Shown: piece after piece, positions 8,462 to 16,092 of the stretch
Layout of the letters: each line of letters opens with the position of its first letter
Position numbering within the stretch: position 1 is the first letter of the stretch
Source: Patescibacteria group bacterium
GTDB lineage: Bacteria > Patescibacteriota > Patescibacteriia > JAXHNJ01
Assembly (NCBI GenBank): GCA_041649715.1
Contig: JBAZMP010000002.1
Location: forward strand, 196,964 to 260,963
DNA: 64,000 nucleotides
Direction of reading: 5' to 3'
Program-made: the position numbers and the translations under genes
Notes under the pieces: model-generated
What the model saw: only the letters and a program-made list of their open reading frames with translations
Databases searched by the model: none
Told to the model about the DNA's origin: nothing

Positions 8462-9232
8462 ATGCCAGAAAACAGCGGCAAGAAAGAAGGAGGAGGAAAC
8501 AAGGGAATATTGGATGCCCCGCCTAAAACGACGTTTGTCATGGGAATTTTAGTCGGCGTGGTCGTTTGCGCCATTGTCGGCGTGGTTTTATCCCTGACCG
8601 TCGTGCAGACCAAGACTGCCTCAAATACCAATACTGTCGCGGGGGCGAACAGCAACAGTAATACCAATGCGGATGCGGTTGATCCGCGGGTCAGTGCGAC
8701 CAGTATCGCCCAATACGCCAGTGATTTGGGGTTGGATATCACTAAATTCAACTCCTGTATTAATGACGGTGAAAAAACGAAAACCGTCACTGACATGGCG
8801 ACCGCCGGTCAGGCCCTGGGAGTCCAGGGTACGCCCGCGACTTTTGTGAACGGTTATCTTGTGAGCGGTGCGATACCGTACGCGGATTTCAAGGCCATTG
8901 TTGACGAAGTGCTGGCCGGTAACGCGCCGACTTCCCAATACGCGGAAAAAACCGCGGTCGACGTGAAAGTGACTGAGGCCGACCATGTGGAAGGCGACGC
9001 CGGCGTTAAAGTGACACTGGTGGAATATTCGGATTTCCAGTGCCCCTATTGTTTGAATCACGCTTCGACCTTAAAACAAATTCTTGAAGAATATAGCGGC
9101 AAGGTTAAAATAATCTTCCGTCATTTTCCGCTTTCATTCCACGCCAACGCCCAGTTAGCGGCAGAGGCTTCAGAATGCGCCTCGGTTCAGGGAAAATTCT
9201 GGGAGATGCATGACAAGTTATTCGAACTCTAG
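8462..9232 (+). CDS. DsbA-like thiol:disulfide oxidoreductase, apparently circularly permuted, membrane anchored
   Basis: N-terminal TM anchor and Asn/Thr/Ser linker. The domain carries the DsbA C-terminal-type segment (YASDLGLDITKFNSCINDG...GVQGTPATFVNG) BEFORE the N-terminal-type CxxC segment (VTLVEYSDFQCPYC...GKFWEMHDKLF). Confidence 0.7.
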   Translation: MPENSGKKEGGGNKGILDAPPKTTFVMGILVGVVVCAIVGVVLSLTVVQTKTASNTNTVAGANSNSNTNADAVDPRVSATSIAQYASDLGLDITKFNSCINDGEKTKTVTDMATAGQALGVQGTPATFVNGYLVSGAIPYADFKAIVDEVLAGNAPTSQYAEKTAVDVKVTEADHVEGDAGVKVTLVEYSDFQCPYCLNHASTLKQILEEYSGKVKIIFRHFPLSFHANAQLAAEASECASVQGKFWEMHDKLFEL

Positions 9233-9247
9233 TCCGTTGTAAAAAAT

Positions 9248-10003
9248 ATGATACCTTATTTCTCCCTTGAGGAGATTGATATAGGTTTTGTAAAAATCCA
9301 AATTTGGGGCCTGATGTTCGCGTTAGGCCTCATTTTTGGTTTATGGCAGTTTTTCCGGGAAGCCAAGAAAATAAAGACAGAAAAAATCGTCTTTGATCTC
9401 GCTTTGGTCATTATTATCAGCGCCCTAGTCGGAGCAAGGGCGTATTTTGTCCTGAATGAATGGTCTTATTTTAGGGAAAACCTTTTAGATGTATTTAAGG
9501 TCTGGGAGGGCGGGCTGGGTTTTTACGGCGGATTGATTTTCGCCGTTACTTTCGGCTGGCTTTATTTAAAGAAAAAGGGGATCAAATTCTGGCTTGTCTC
9601 CGATATCATGGTTATTTCCCTGGCGCTTGGCGAGGCGATCACCAGGCTCGGCTGTTTTCTTATCCATGACCATTGGGGGAAAATAACGGCCCTGCCCTGG
9701 GGCATTGAATATCTCGGAGAGGTCAGGCACGAAACTTCTTTATATTCTTTTCTTAGTTCTTTAATTTTATTTATTATCCTCTTGATTCTGAGAAAAAAGT
9801 TCATTGGTCAGAAAGAAGGTTTTTTAACCGCTTTTTATCTGACCTGGTACGGTTTAATATCATTTTTTATTTATGGCCTAAGAGCGACGGATTTGCCGGG
9901 TTCGGACCCTTTTTGGGGAATTTTGAGACCGTCACAGTATTTTAGCTTACTATTGTTGGTCTTAGGCATAGTATTATTTGCAAAAAGGAATAGAAAAAAA
10001 TAA
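9248..10003 (+). CDS. lgt: prolipoprotein diacylglyceryl transferase
   Basis: Lgt signature GGLGFYGGLI and a polytopic layout. Confidence 0.85.
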   Translation: MIPYFSLEEIDIGFVKIQIWGLMFALGLIFGLWQFFREAKKIKTEKIVFDLALVIIISALVGARAYFVLNEWSYFRENLLDVFKVWEGGLGFYGGLIFAVTFGWLYLKKKGIKFWLVSDIMVISLALGEAITRLGCFLIHDHWGKITALPWGIEYLGEVRHETSLYSFLSSLILFIILLILRKKFIGQKEGFLTAFYLTWYGLISFFIYGLRATDLPGSDPFWGILRPSQYFSLLLLVLGIVLFAKRNRKK

Positions 10004-10048
10004 TAAAGATAAACAAAAAACAGACTGTATGGGGCCTGTTTTTATTTT

Positions 10049-10170
10049 TGGTACCAGGGGTGGGGATCGAACTTCACCCCGCCTAGAAAGGCGGGGCAAG
10101 CGACCTCGGGCTTATGAGTCCCACGCTCTACTTCACCCCGCCCAACGGGGCGGGGCAAGCTGAGCTACCC
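10049..10170 (-). pseudogene. tRNA-Met-like partial duplicate (equivalent to tRNA positions ~5-76) disrupted by two GC-rich hairpin insertions
   Basis: Three segments (10049-10072, 10102-10131, 10160-10170) are identical to the tRNA-Met at 10420-10495. They are interrupted by ttcaccccgcc-tagaaa-ggcggggcaagc (10073-10101, in the T-stem 5' strand) and ttcaccccgccc-aac-gggcggggcaag (10132-10159, in the D-loop). The acceptor 5' strand is not conserved. Confidence 0.6.
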
Positions 10171-10412
10171 GTGGAAATAGAAATATATTTTTTATATTGA
10201 TTATTCTTTTTCTTTAACCAGATTTCGTGCCGGCGCGCTTCTTTGTAGCTATTATGTTCCTTTAGGTAAACTAACCGATAAGGTTTTTTCTTAGCGGTTA
10301 TTTTCAATTTACCTTGATTATGTTCCGATAGTCTTTTTTGCGGATGGCGAGAAATTCCGGTATAGTAACTCTTTTCCTTTATACTCTGAATAAGATATGT
10401 GTAGACTTTCAT
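10128..10412 (-). CDS. GIY-YIG nuclease family protein (UPF0213/YhbQ-like)
   Basis: KVYTYLIQS...YYTGISRHPQKRLSEHNQG fits the GIY-YIG motif. The last ~15 codons read into the tRNA-like fragment. It begins 8 nt from the tRNA-Met 3' end. Confidence 0.7.
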   Translation of the reverse strand: MKVYTYLIQSIKEKSYYTGISRHPQKRLSEHNQGKLKITAKKKPYRLVYLKEHNSYKEARRHEIWLKKKNNQYKKYISISTGSSACPAPLGGVK

Positions 10413-10419
10413 AAACCTA

Positions 10420-10495
10420 TGGTACCAGGGGTGGGGATCGAACCCACGACCTCGGGCTTATGAGTCCCACGCTCTACCAACTGAGCTACCCTGGC
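10420..10495 (-). tRNA. tRNA-Met (anticodon CAT; elongator-type features, could also be a lysidine-modified Ile2 type)
   Basis: Reverse complement is GCCAGGGTAGCTCAGTTGGTAGAGCGTGGGACTCATAAGCCCGAGGTCGTGGGTTCGATCCCCACCCCTGGTACCA. Cloverleaf folds with a CTCATAA loop, a C11-G24 pair and CCA encoded. Confidence 0.85.
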
Positions 10496-10496
10496 T

Positions 10497-10571
10497 TGGG
10501 TGCGGGGGTGGGATTTGCACCCACGACCTCCGGATTATGAGCCCGGCGAGCTGCTACTGCTCCACCCCGCG
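10497..10571 (-). tRNA. initiator tRNA-fMet (anticodon CAT)
   Basis: Reverse complement is CGCGGGGTGGAGCAGTAGCAGCTCGCCGGGCTCATAATCCGGAGGTCGTGGGTGCAAATCCCACCCCCGCACCA. It has the C1xA72 mismatch, an A11-T24 pair and G-C pairs at the base of the anticodon stem, all typical of bacterial initiators. It sits 1 nt from tRNA-Met. Confidence 0.8.
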
Positions 10572-10618
10572 CGCTGATTACATCTTATATTAACAAAGAT
10601 TATTAATTGAGTCAATAA

Positions 10619-11374
10619 TTAGACTTTTTGGCAGACCCAAACCATTTCCCGGCTCTTGTCCGTGAAATTAGAGCGCTTAAAATCGCCATAGAGTTTTAAA
10701 GGTTTGAAACCGGTTAAGGCCAATAAATGCTCAAATTCAAAACGGAAAATATATCGCATCATCATTTTAAATTCTTTTTTCTCCACTAGAAGATTATGTT
10801 TATCCAATTCTTCGTGAATATATGTTATTTTTAGAATTTGATCGGCCGAATAAAAATGGTTAATGGCCGAGATTTTCACCTTGTTTTTCGTCACCGGATC
10901 TTTTACGTACGAATGGAATTCTTTTTTACCGTTGAAATTCGCCATTCTGTTATAATCCGGGTTAAAAAAATTAAGGATTAGTCTGCCCTTGTTGGTTAGG
11001 TGTTTGTGAATAGAAAGCAAGGCGCTTTTTTGCTCCTTGGCGTTTAAAAGATGAAGAAAGCTGCGGCAGGGAATAATGATTAAATCAAACTTTTTGTTCA
11101 GGTCAAAATTCCGCATGTCAGCCAGGTAGGTTTTGGGTTTTAAGCCGGCCGCCTTGGCTTTTCTTTGCAGGGTTTTCAGCATGCTTGGCGAGTTATCCAA
11201 ACCGTCAATATTAGCCCTGGCTTTTAAGGCGGGGATCATAATTCTACCGGTGCCGCAGGCGATATCAAGCGTTCTTTTTGATTTTTTTATCTCGGATAAA
11301 TAAAACCTCAGGTCTTCTTTAAAGCCTTGAAGTTGCAAATCGTATTCTTCGCCGGAAAATAAATAAGTGTTCAT
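10619..11374 (-). CDS. class I SAM-dependent methyltransferase
   Basis: SAM-binding motif LDIACGTGRI and a motif II/III-like LIIIPCRSF. Confidence 0.8.
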   Translation of the reverse strand: MNTYLFSGEEYDLQLQGFKEDLRFYLSEIKKSKRTLDIACGTGRIMIPALKARANIDGLDNSPSMLKTLQRKAKAAGLKPKTYLADMRNFDLNKKFDLIIIPCRSFLHLLNAKEQKSALLSIHKHLTNKGRLILNFFNPDYNRMANFNGKKEFHSYVKDPVTKNKVKISAINHFYSADQILKITYIHEELDKHNLLVEKKEFKMMMRYIFRFEFEHLLALTGFKPLKLYGDFKRSNFTDKSREMVWVCQKV

Positions 11375-11487
11375 ATTTTTTAGTATTATAAGGTGATTTT
11401 ATCATTAATGTTCCTTTACGGCAAATAAAAAAGGCGTCGTACCCAGGGGGTCGTGCGCCTTAACCTTGTTTGTTATTTTTTGTGAAA

Positions 11488-11518
11488 AGCTCGCGACAGC
11501 AGGTCGCGAGCTCCTTTT
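11488..11518 (-). terminator. rho-independent terminator (bidirectional-looking)
   Basis: Perfect 10-bp stem agctcgcgac/gtcgcgagct (11488-11497 and 11503-11512) with a 5-nt loop. T-tracts on both sides. Directly downstream of the 11517 stop of the small minus gene. Confidence 0.6.
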
Positions 11519-11738
11519 ATTTCTTGGGATTCCAGCCAACCACTATCCCCAACGGTTTAAACGGATCCCGGAGCAATGCTCCTCCCGGGAAATTCCGTAG
11601 ATTTTCCGCTCCGGACACCGGGCCTTCGACACCAGCTATGTCGAAAAGGGCTGTTGCCCCTACGGGACAATCGCATGGTAGATCGTTGTTGCCGGTCTCG
11701 ATCACGCCCGTATCGTTGCACTTCGGGCATTTTGCCAT
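11517..11738 (-). CDS. small Cys-containing hypothetical protein
   Basis: 73 aa, MAKCPKCNDTGV...CDC. AGGAGG SD lies 7 nt upstream. Followed by the strong terminator above. Confidence 0.5.
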   Translation of the reverse strand: MAKCPKCNDTGVIETGNNDLPCDCPVGATALFDIAGVEGPVSGAENLRNFPGGALLRDPFKPLGIVVGWNPKK

Positions 11739-11871
11739 TTCATGCCTCCTTTCAAGGAACCGGAATACTTAAGTCTTAAGTTATTTTGCAAATATTATCC
11801 TATTTGGATAATATAAAACCTTATCAGAAATATTAAGGAATGTCAAGATATAATTTAGAATATAGACAAAA

Positions 11872-11900
11872 TTGACGTAAGTAAGGTTTTGGGTTATAAT
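11872..11900 (+). promoter_or_regulatory. sigma70-like promoter TTGACG-17-TATAAT for tRNA-Leu
   Basis: TTGACG at 11872-11877 and TATAAT at 11895-11900. The tRNA starts at 11920. Confidence 0.55.
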
Positions 11901-11919
11901 TTCACCATTAACCGCCTTT

Positions 11920-12003
11920 GCCGCGGTGGCGGAATTGGTAGACGCGCACGACTCAAAATCGTGTGGGTGTAAATCCATGAGAGTTCGATTCTCTCCCGCG
12001 GCA
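11920..12003 (+). tRNA. tRNA-Leu (anticodon CAA)
   Basis: GCCGCGG acceptor, anticodon loop CTCAAAA, long variable arm and T-loop GTTCGATTC. CCA is not encoded. Confidence 0.85.
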
Positions 12004-12024
12004 TGTTAAAATTTTAAACTATAA

Positions 12025-12783
12025 ATGGCCCGGATAATTTCCATAGTCAATCAAAAAGGAGGAGTGGGGAAGACGACGACCGCCATCAACCTAGGGGCTT
12101 ATCTTTCGCATTTGGGCCAAAGGGTTTTATTAGTTGATATCGATCCGCAAGCCAATGCCAGTTCGGGTTTGGGCGTTGATATCCGCAAGATCGGCCGGGG
12201 AATTTATGATGTTATGATCTTAAACCACCCGATCCACGATGTTATCTTGGAAACGGGTCATCAGGATTACAAGCTGATTCCATCGCACGTGAATCTGGCG
12301 GGAGCGAATGTCGAACTGGTTACTTTTGACGAACGCGAGTTTGTTCTAAGGAAGAAGATCACCGAGCTTGACCATCATTACGATTATATAATTATCGATT
12401 GTCCGCCCTCGCTCGGCCTTTTGACTCTTAACGGCATGGTGGCTTGCCGGGAGATCATCATCCCTGTGCAGGCGGAATATTACGCTTTAGAAGGCTTGGG
12501 TCAGCTCATGGAAACGATTCAGTTGATTAAGGAAAATTTAAATCCTGACTTGGAGGTTTTGGGCGCGCTTTTGACCATGTTTGAACACAAGCATAAGCTT
12601 TCGCGGGATGTCCTGCACGAACTGTACAAATATTTCCCCCGCAAGATTTTTCGGACGGCTATTCCGCGAAGCATCCGGCTGGCGGAAGCGCCTTCGCACG
12701 GTCAAAGCATATTAAAGTACGACAAACGCTCAAAAGGAGCGAAAGCGTATCATAAATTCGCCCGAGAGATATTAGAAAAATAA
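12025..12783 (+). CDS. parA: chromosome partitioning ATPase ParA/Soj
   Basis: Deviant Walker A motif KGGVGKTT. Immediately upstream of parB. Confidence 0.9.
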   Translation: MARIISIVNQKGGVGKTTTAINLGAYLSHLGQRVLLVDIDPQANASSGLGVDIRKIGRGIYDVMILNHPIHDVILETGHQDYKLIPSHVNLAGANVELVTFDEREFVLRKKITELDHHYDYIIIDCPPSLGLLTLNGMVACREIIIPVQAEYYALEGLGQLMETIQLIKENLNPDLEVLGALLTMFEHKHKLSRDVLHELYKYFPRKIFRTAIPRSIRLAEAPSHGQSILKYDKRSKGAKAYHKFAREILEK

Positions 12784-12795
12784 TTTTTTAAACTT

Positions 12796-13647
12796 ATGGC
12801 TAACAATCAGGGTTTAGGCCGGGGGTTAAGCTCGCTTATTCCTTCAAGGAAAAGCGAAGCGAGTCCCATTGTAGAGTTATTGGATCATGAAAAGATTTTA
12901 AAGATAAAAGTTGAGACCATTGAGGCTAATCCCATGCAGCCGCGAGGCCGGATCGACCATGCGGCCCTGGAAGATTTGATAAACTCTATCAGGGAGTACG
13001 GTATTTTGCAGCCCCTGATCGTCAGCCGGTCAGGCGCTGGCTACACGCTAATCGCCGGCGAAAGGCGGTTAAGATCAGCCAAGATACTGGGCTTAAAAAC
13101 CGTGCCGGCCATCGTCCGCGATACCAGCCGTCAGGAAAAACTGGAAATTGCCTTGGTGGAAAATTTGCAGCGCAAGAATTTGAACGCCATTGAAGAAGCG
13201 ATGGCCTACCAGAAGCTGGTCGATGAGTTCAATTTAAACCAGGAAGCGGTCGCCAAAAGAGTGGGCAAAAGCCGCGAGGCGGTCGCCAATACCTTAAGGC
13301 TTCTTTCTTTGCCGCCAGAAGTTCAAAAAGCGATATTAGAGGAAAAAATCAGCGAAGGCCACGCGAAGGCCATTCTTTCCTTGCCCGCCGAAAAGCAACA
13401 GCTGAAACTTCTGAATACGATACTAAAAAGCAATTTGTCCGTCCGTAAAACAGAAAGTTACAGCCGTCAGATAAAAAAACCGCGCTTTTCCGCCCTTGAG
13501 CCGGAAATTATTGAACAGGAGGACAGGCTGCGGGAGCATTTGGGGACGAAGGTGAAAATCGATAAAAAGGGCGGCCGGGGAAAAATCACCATCGAATTCT
13601 ACTCCGAAGCGGAGCTTAATCAAATTGTTAAGAATATAATAAGATAA
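12796..13647 (+). CDS. parB: chromosome partitioning protein ParB/Spo0J
   Basis: ParB box GERRLRSAKILGL and an HTH region. Confidence 0.9.
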   Translation: MANNQGLGRGLSSLIPSRKSEASPIVELLDHEKILKIKVETIEANPMQPRGRIDHAALEDLINSIREYGILQPLIVSRSGAGYTLIAGERRLRSAKILGLKTVPAIVRDTSRQEKLEIALVENLQRKNLNAIEEAMAYQKLVDEFNLNQEAVAKRVGKSREAVANTLRLLSLPPEVQKAILEEKISEGHAKAILSLPAEKQQLKLLNTILKSNLSVRKTESYSRQIKKPRFSALEPEIIEQEDRLREHLGTKVKIDKKGGRGKITIEFYSEAELNQIVKNIIR

Positions 13648-13652
13648 AAAAT

Positions 13653-15956
13653 ATGTCCAATGTAAAAACAAGCGCCATTAAAAATGACAGTAAGAATCTT
13701 TATCAAAAGATCGTGAGAGTCTGCCTCTATTTGTCGGTTTTTTTGATTCCGATTTTTTTCCTGCCCTTTACTTCGGAGTACATTGAGATAAACAAAACCT
13801 TCCTTTTTTACCTTCTTACCTTGGTCGCCGCCGTTTTTTGGCTTCTGGATGTGTCTTCAAAAAAAGAAAAGAAAGTTTGGTTTTCGCCCTTAGGCCTGCC
13901 GATCATCATTTTCGGCCTGCTTTTTTTGGTCGCCACGGTTTTTTCCTACCAGATGGATAATAGCCTGCTGGGTCTATCTTCTTATTATCATCACAGTCTT
14001 TTATCGATTGTACTTTTCACAATTTTCTTTTTTGTCGTCGTCAATAATATCACTAATACGGCTCAGATCAGGAAAATATTCGGATTTTTCCTTGCTTCTT
14101 CGGGGCTCGCCGTGATTTTCGGCTATCTTCAGCTTTTTAAGGTATATATCCTGCCTTGGGCGGGGACGAAAGCCGTAAATTTTAATCTCGTTTCAAATTC
14201 CGTCAATGGTTTTTCGATTTATCTGGCGCTTGTTTTCCTGATCAGTTTTATTTTTATGGTTTTAATCTGGGAAAAACGGCTTAAAATTTTGTTAGCGTCT
14301 TATTCGGCGCTCGTTCTGGCTCTCATTTTATTGCTTGATATCCAGGCCGGTTTAACCGCTCTGATCTTAGGAAGCGCTTTCCTGATTTTTTTCCTGACGG
14401 TCAAGGCACGGGATATCTCCCCCAAATGGACGGTTATAATCGCCCTGGTTTTAGCCTTAGCCGTTATTTTTTCCTTTATCGATGTGGCTGGCTGGCATAA
14501 TTTTGGCTTGCAGAAGGACATAGTGATTGATCAGGGCACGACTTTGGAAATAACCAAGGATAATATAGCCAAGAATTTTCTTTTCGGTTCGGGGCCGGGC
14601 ACTTTTTATTACGATCTCGTGAGGTTCCGTCCGATTAGTTTTAACAACACGCCTTATTGGAATTTAAGCTTTATCAAGGCTCCAAGCGAATGGGGTCAGG
14701 TACTGAACACGGTCGGTGTGTTGGGTTTCCTGGGTTTTGTCGGCTTATTTGTTTATTTTTTAATAAGCTTGCTGCGGAATTTTTACCGGAAAAAACTGGC
14801 CGGTTCAGAGAATTTTTTCCACTTACTGTTTATTTGTCTTACTTCTTTGCTTTTCTTTTCCGGGATTTTTTCCGCCTATTCTTTTGTCCTGATGTTTTGC
14901 CTGATATTGTGCCTGGCCTTGGGCACGGTTCTTTTGCGGAAACCGGAGTTAAAGGAAAAATCTGCAAAGGCCGGTCAAACAAACGCTTTTTCTTCCTTGG
15001 GTTTGTCATTAGTGATTATTTTTGCCATTGTCATTATTTATTTTTCCGGGCGGATATTTTTAGCGGATTGTTATTATACAAAAGCGTCGGTTCTGGTCAA
15101 TGAAAATGCCGATCTTGGCCAAGTGGAAAAGAACTTACAAAAAGCCGTGGATCTTTTCGGCCGTAACGCCAATTATAATTTTAGTTTGGCCCAAAATTAT
15201 CTAGTCCGGGCGCAATTGGCATCTCAAAAATCACAGACGGACAACAGCCAGATTCAAACCTGGGTGACCCAAGCGGTCTTTTTCGGGCAAAAAGGGGTCG
15301 AGCTGGCCGCTAAGGACCCGACCGCTTATTCGGCCCTCGCTTCTATTTATGAGAATATTAGCGTTATCAGCCAAGAAGATATCAGTCAGCTTATCGTCAG
15401 CAATTATCAAAAAGCGATTGAATTGGATTCGAACAATCCTCAAGTTTATTATCAGTTGGGCAGCTATTATGTGACAGCGGGTCAAACTTTAGTCAATTCC
15501 TTATCGACCGCTAAAGAAGAAAACAAAGAAACGGTAAGAGGCCAAGCACAGAGTTTGTTTGATTTAGCTTTAAGCAATTTTAAGAAAGCGGCCGACCTTA
15601 AAAATAACTATGCCCTGGCCGAAGCCGCCTGGGCTTTAACCTATGAATTGAAAGGCGAAACCGACACGGCGATTGCTGAAATCTTGAAACTTACCCAAAA
15701 ATATCCGTCAGACTTCACGCTTTTTTACGAATTGGGGCGGCTGTATCTCAATCAGGAAAAGCTTTCCGAAGCGACCGCCGCTTTTAGCAAGGTCGTGTCG
15801 TTATATCCCGATCATTCCAACGCCCACTGGCAGCTTTCTGCGATTTACGAAAAGCAGGGCCAGAAGGATTTGGCTATTTCTGAGATGGAGATCGTCTTGA
15901 CTTTGAATCCGGACAATGAGCAGGTAAAAGCGAAGCTGGCCGAATTGAAGAAGTAG
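13653..15956 (+). CDS. O-antigen ligase (Wzy_C)-like polytopic membrane protein with C-terminal TPR repeats
   Basis: About 12 predicted TM helices in the N-terminal 450 aa. The C-terminal ~300 aa show TPR-like repeats (AYSALASIYE..., AHWQLSAIYEKQG...). Confidence 0.6.
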   Translation: MSNVKTSAIKNDSKNLYQKIVRVCLYLSVFLIPIFFLPFTSEYIEINKTFLFYLLTLVAAVFWLLDVSSKKEKKVWFSPLGLPIIIFGLLFLVATVFSYQMDNSLLGLSSYYHHSLLSIVLFTIFFFVVVNNITNTAQIRKIFGFFLASSGLAVIFGYLQLFKVYILPWAGTKAVNFNLVSNSVNGFSIYLALVFLISFIFMVLIWEKRLKILLASYSALVLALILLLDIQAGLTALILGSAFLIFFLTVKARDISPKWTVIIALVLALAVIFSFIDVAGWHNFGLQKDIVIDQGTTLEITKDNIAKNFLFGSGPGTFYYDLVRFRPISFNNTPYWNLSFIKAPSEWGQVLNTVGVLGFLGFVGLFVYFLISLLRNFYRKKLAGSENFFHLLFICLTSLLFFSGIFSAYSFVLMFCLILCLALGTVLLRKPELKEKSAKAGQTNAFSSLGLSLVIIFAIVIIYFSGRIFLADCYYTKASVLVNENADLGQVEKNLQKAVDLFGRNANYNFSLAQNYLVRAQLASQKSQTDNSQIQTWVTQAVFFGQKGVELAAKDPTAYSALASIYENISVISQEDISQLIVSNYQKAIELDSNNPQVYYQLGSYYVTAGQTLVNSLSTAKEENKETVRGQAQSLFDLALSNFKKAADLKNNYALAEAAWALTYELKGETDTAIAEILKLTQKYPSDFTLFYELGRLYLNQEKLSEATAAFSKVVSLYPDHSNAHWQLSAIYEKQGQKDLAISEMEIVLTLNPDNEQVKAKLAELKK

Positions 15957-16092
15957 GTATAATATTTATAAAAATAACAAAAAGGCTTGTAAAAAAACAG
16001 GTCTTTTTGTGAATGACCACTTGATTTTTTCTCCAAAATATGCTAAAATAAGAGTGAAATAGGCTAGTATTAACAAATAAAAAATAAAAACT

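Noticed and set aside
8446-9061. Minus-strand ORFs 8446..8796 and 8621..9061
   Set aside because: They are antisense to the DsbA-like gene, whose thioredoxin motifs are unambiguous.
10073-10159. GC-rich palindromic units as possible CRISPR repeats
   Set aside because: There are only two copies and no spacer-repeat periodicity. They sit inside a tRNA-like sequence and no cas genes are nearby.
14657-15103. 148-aa + strand ORF in an alternative frame inside the O-antigen-ligase-like gene
   Set aside because: It overlaps a long ORF with coherent TM and TPR architecture and lacks its own start signals.
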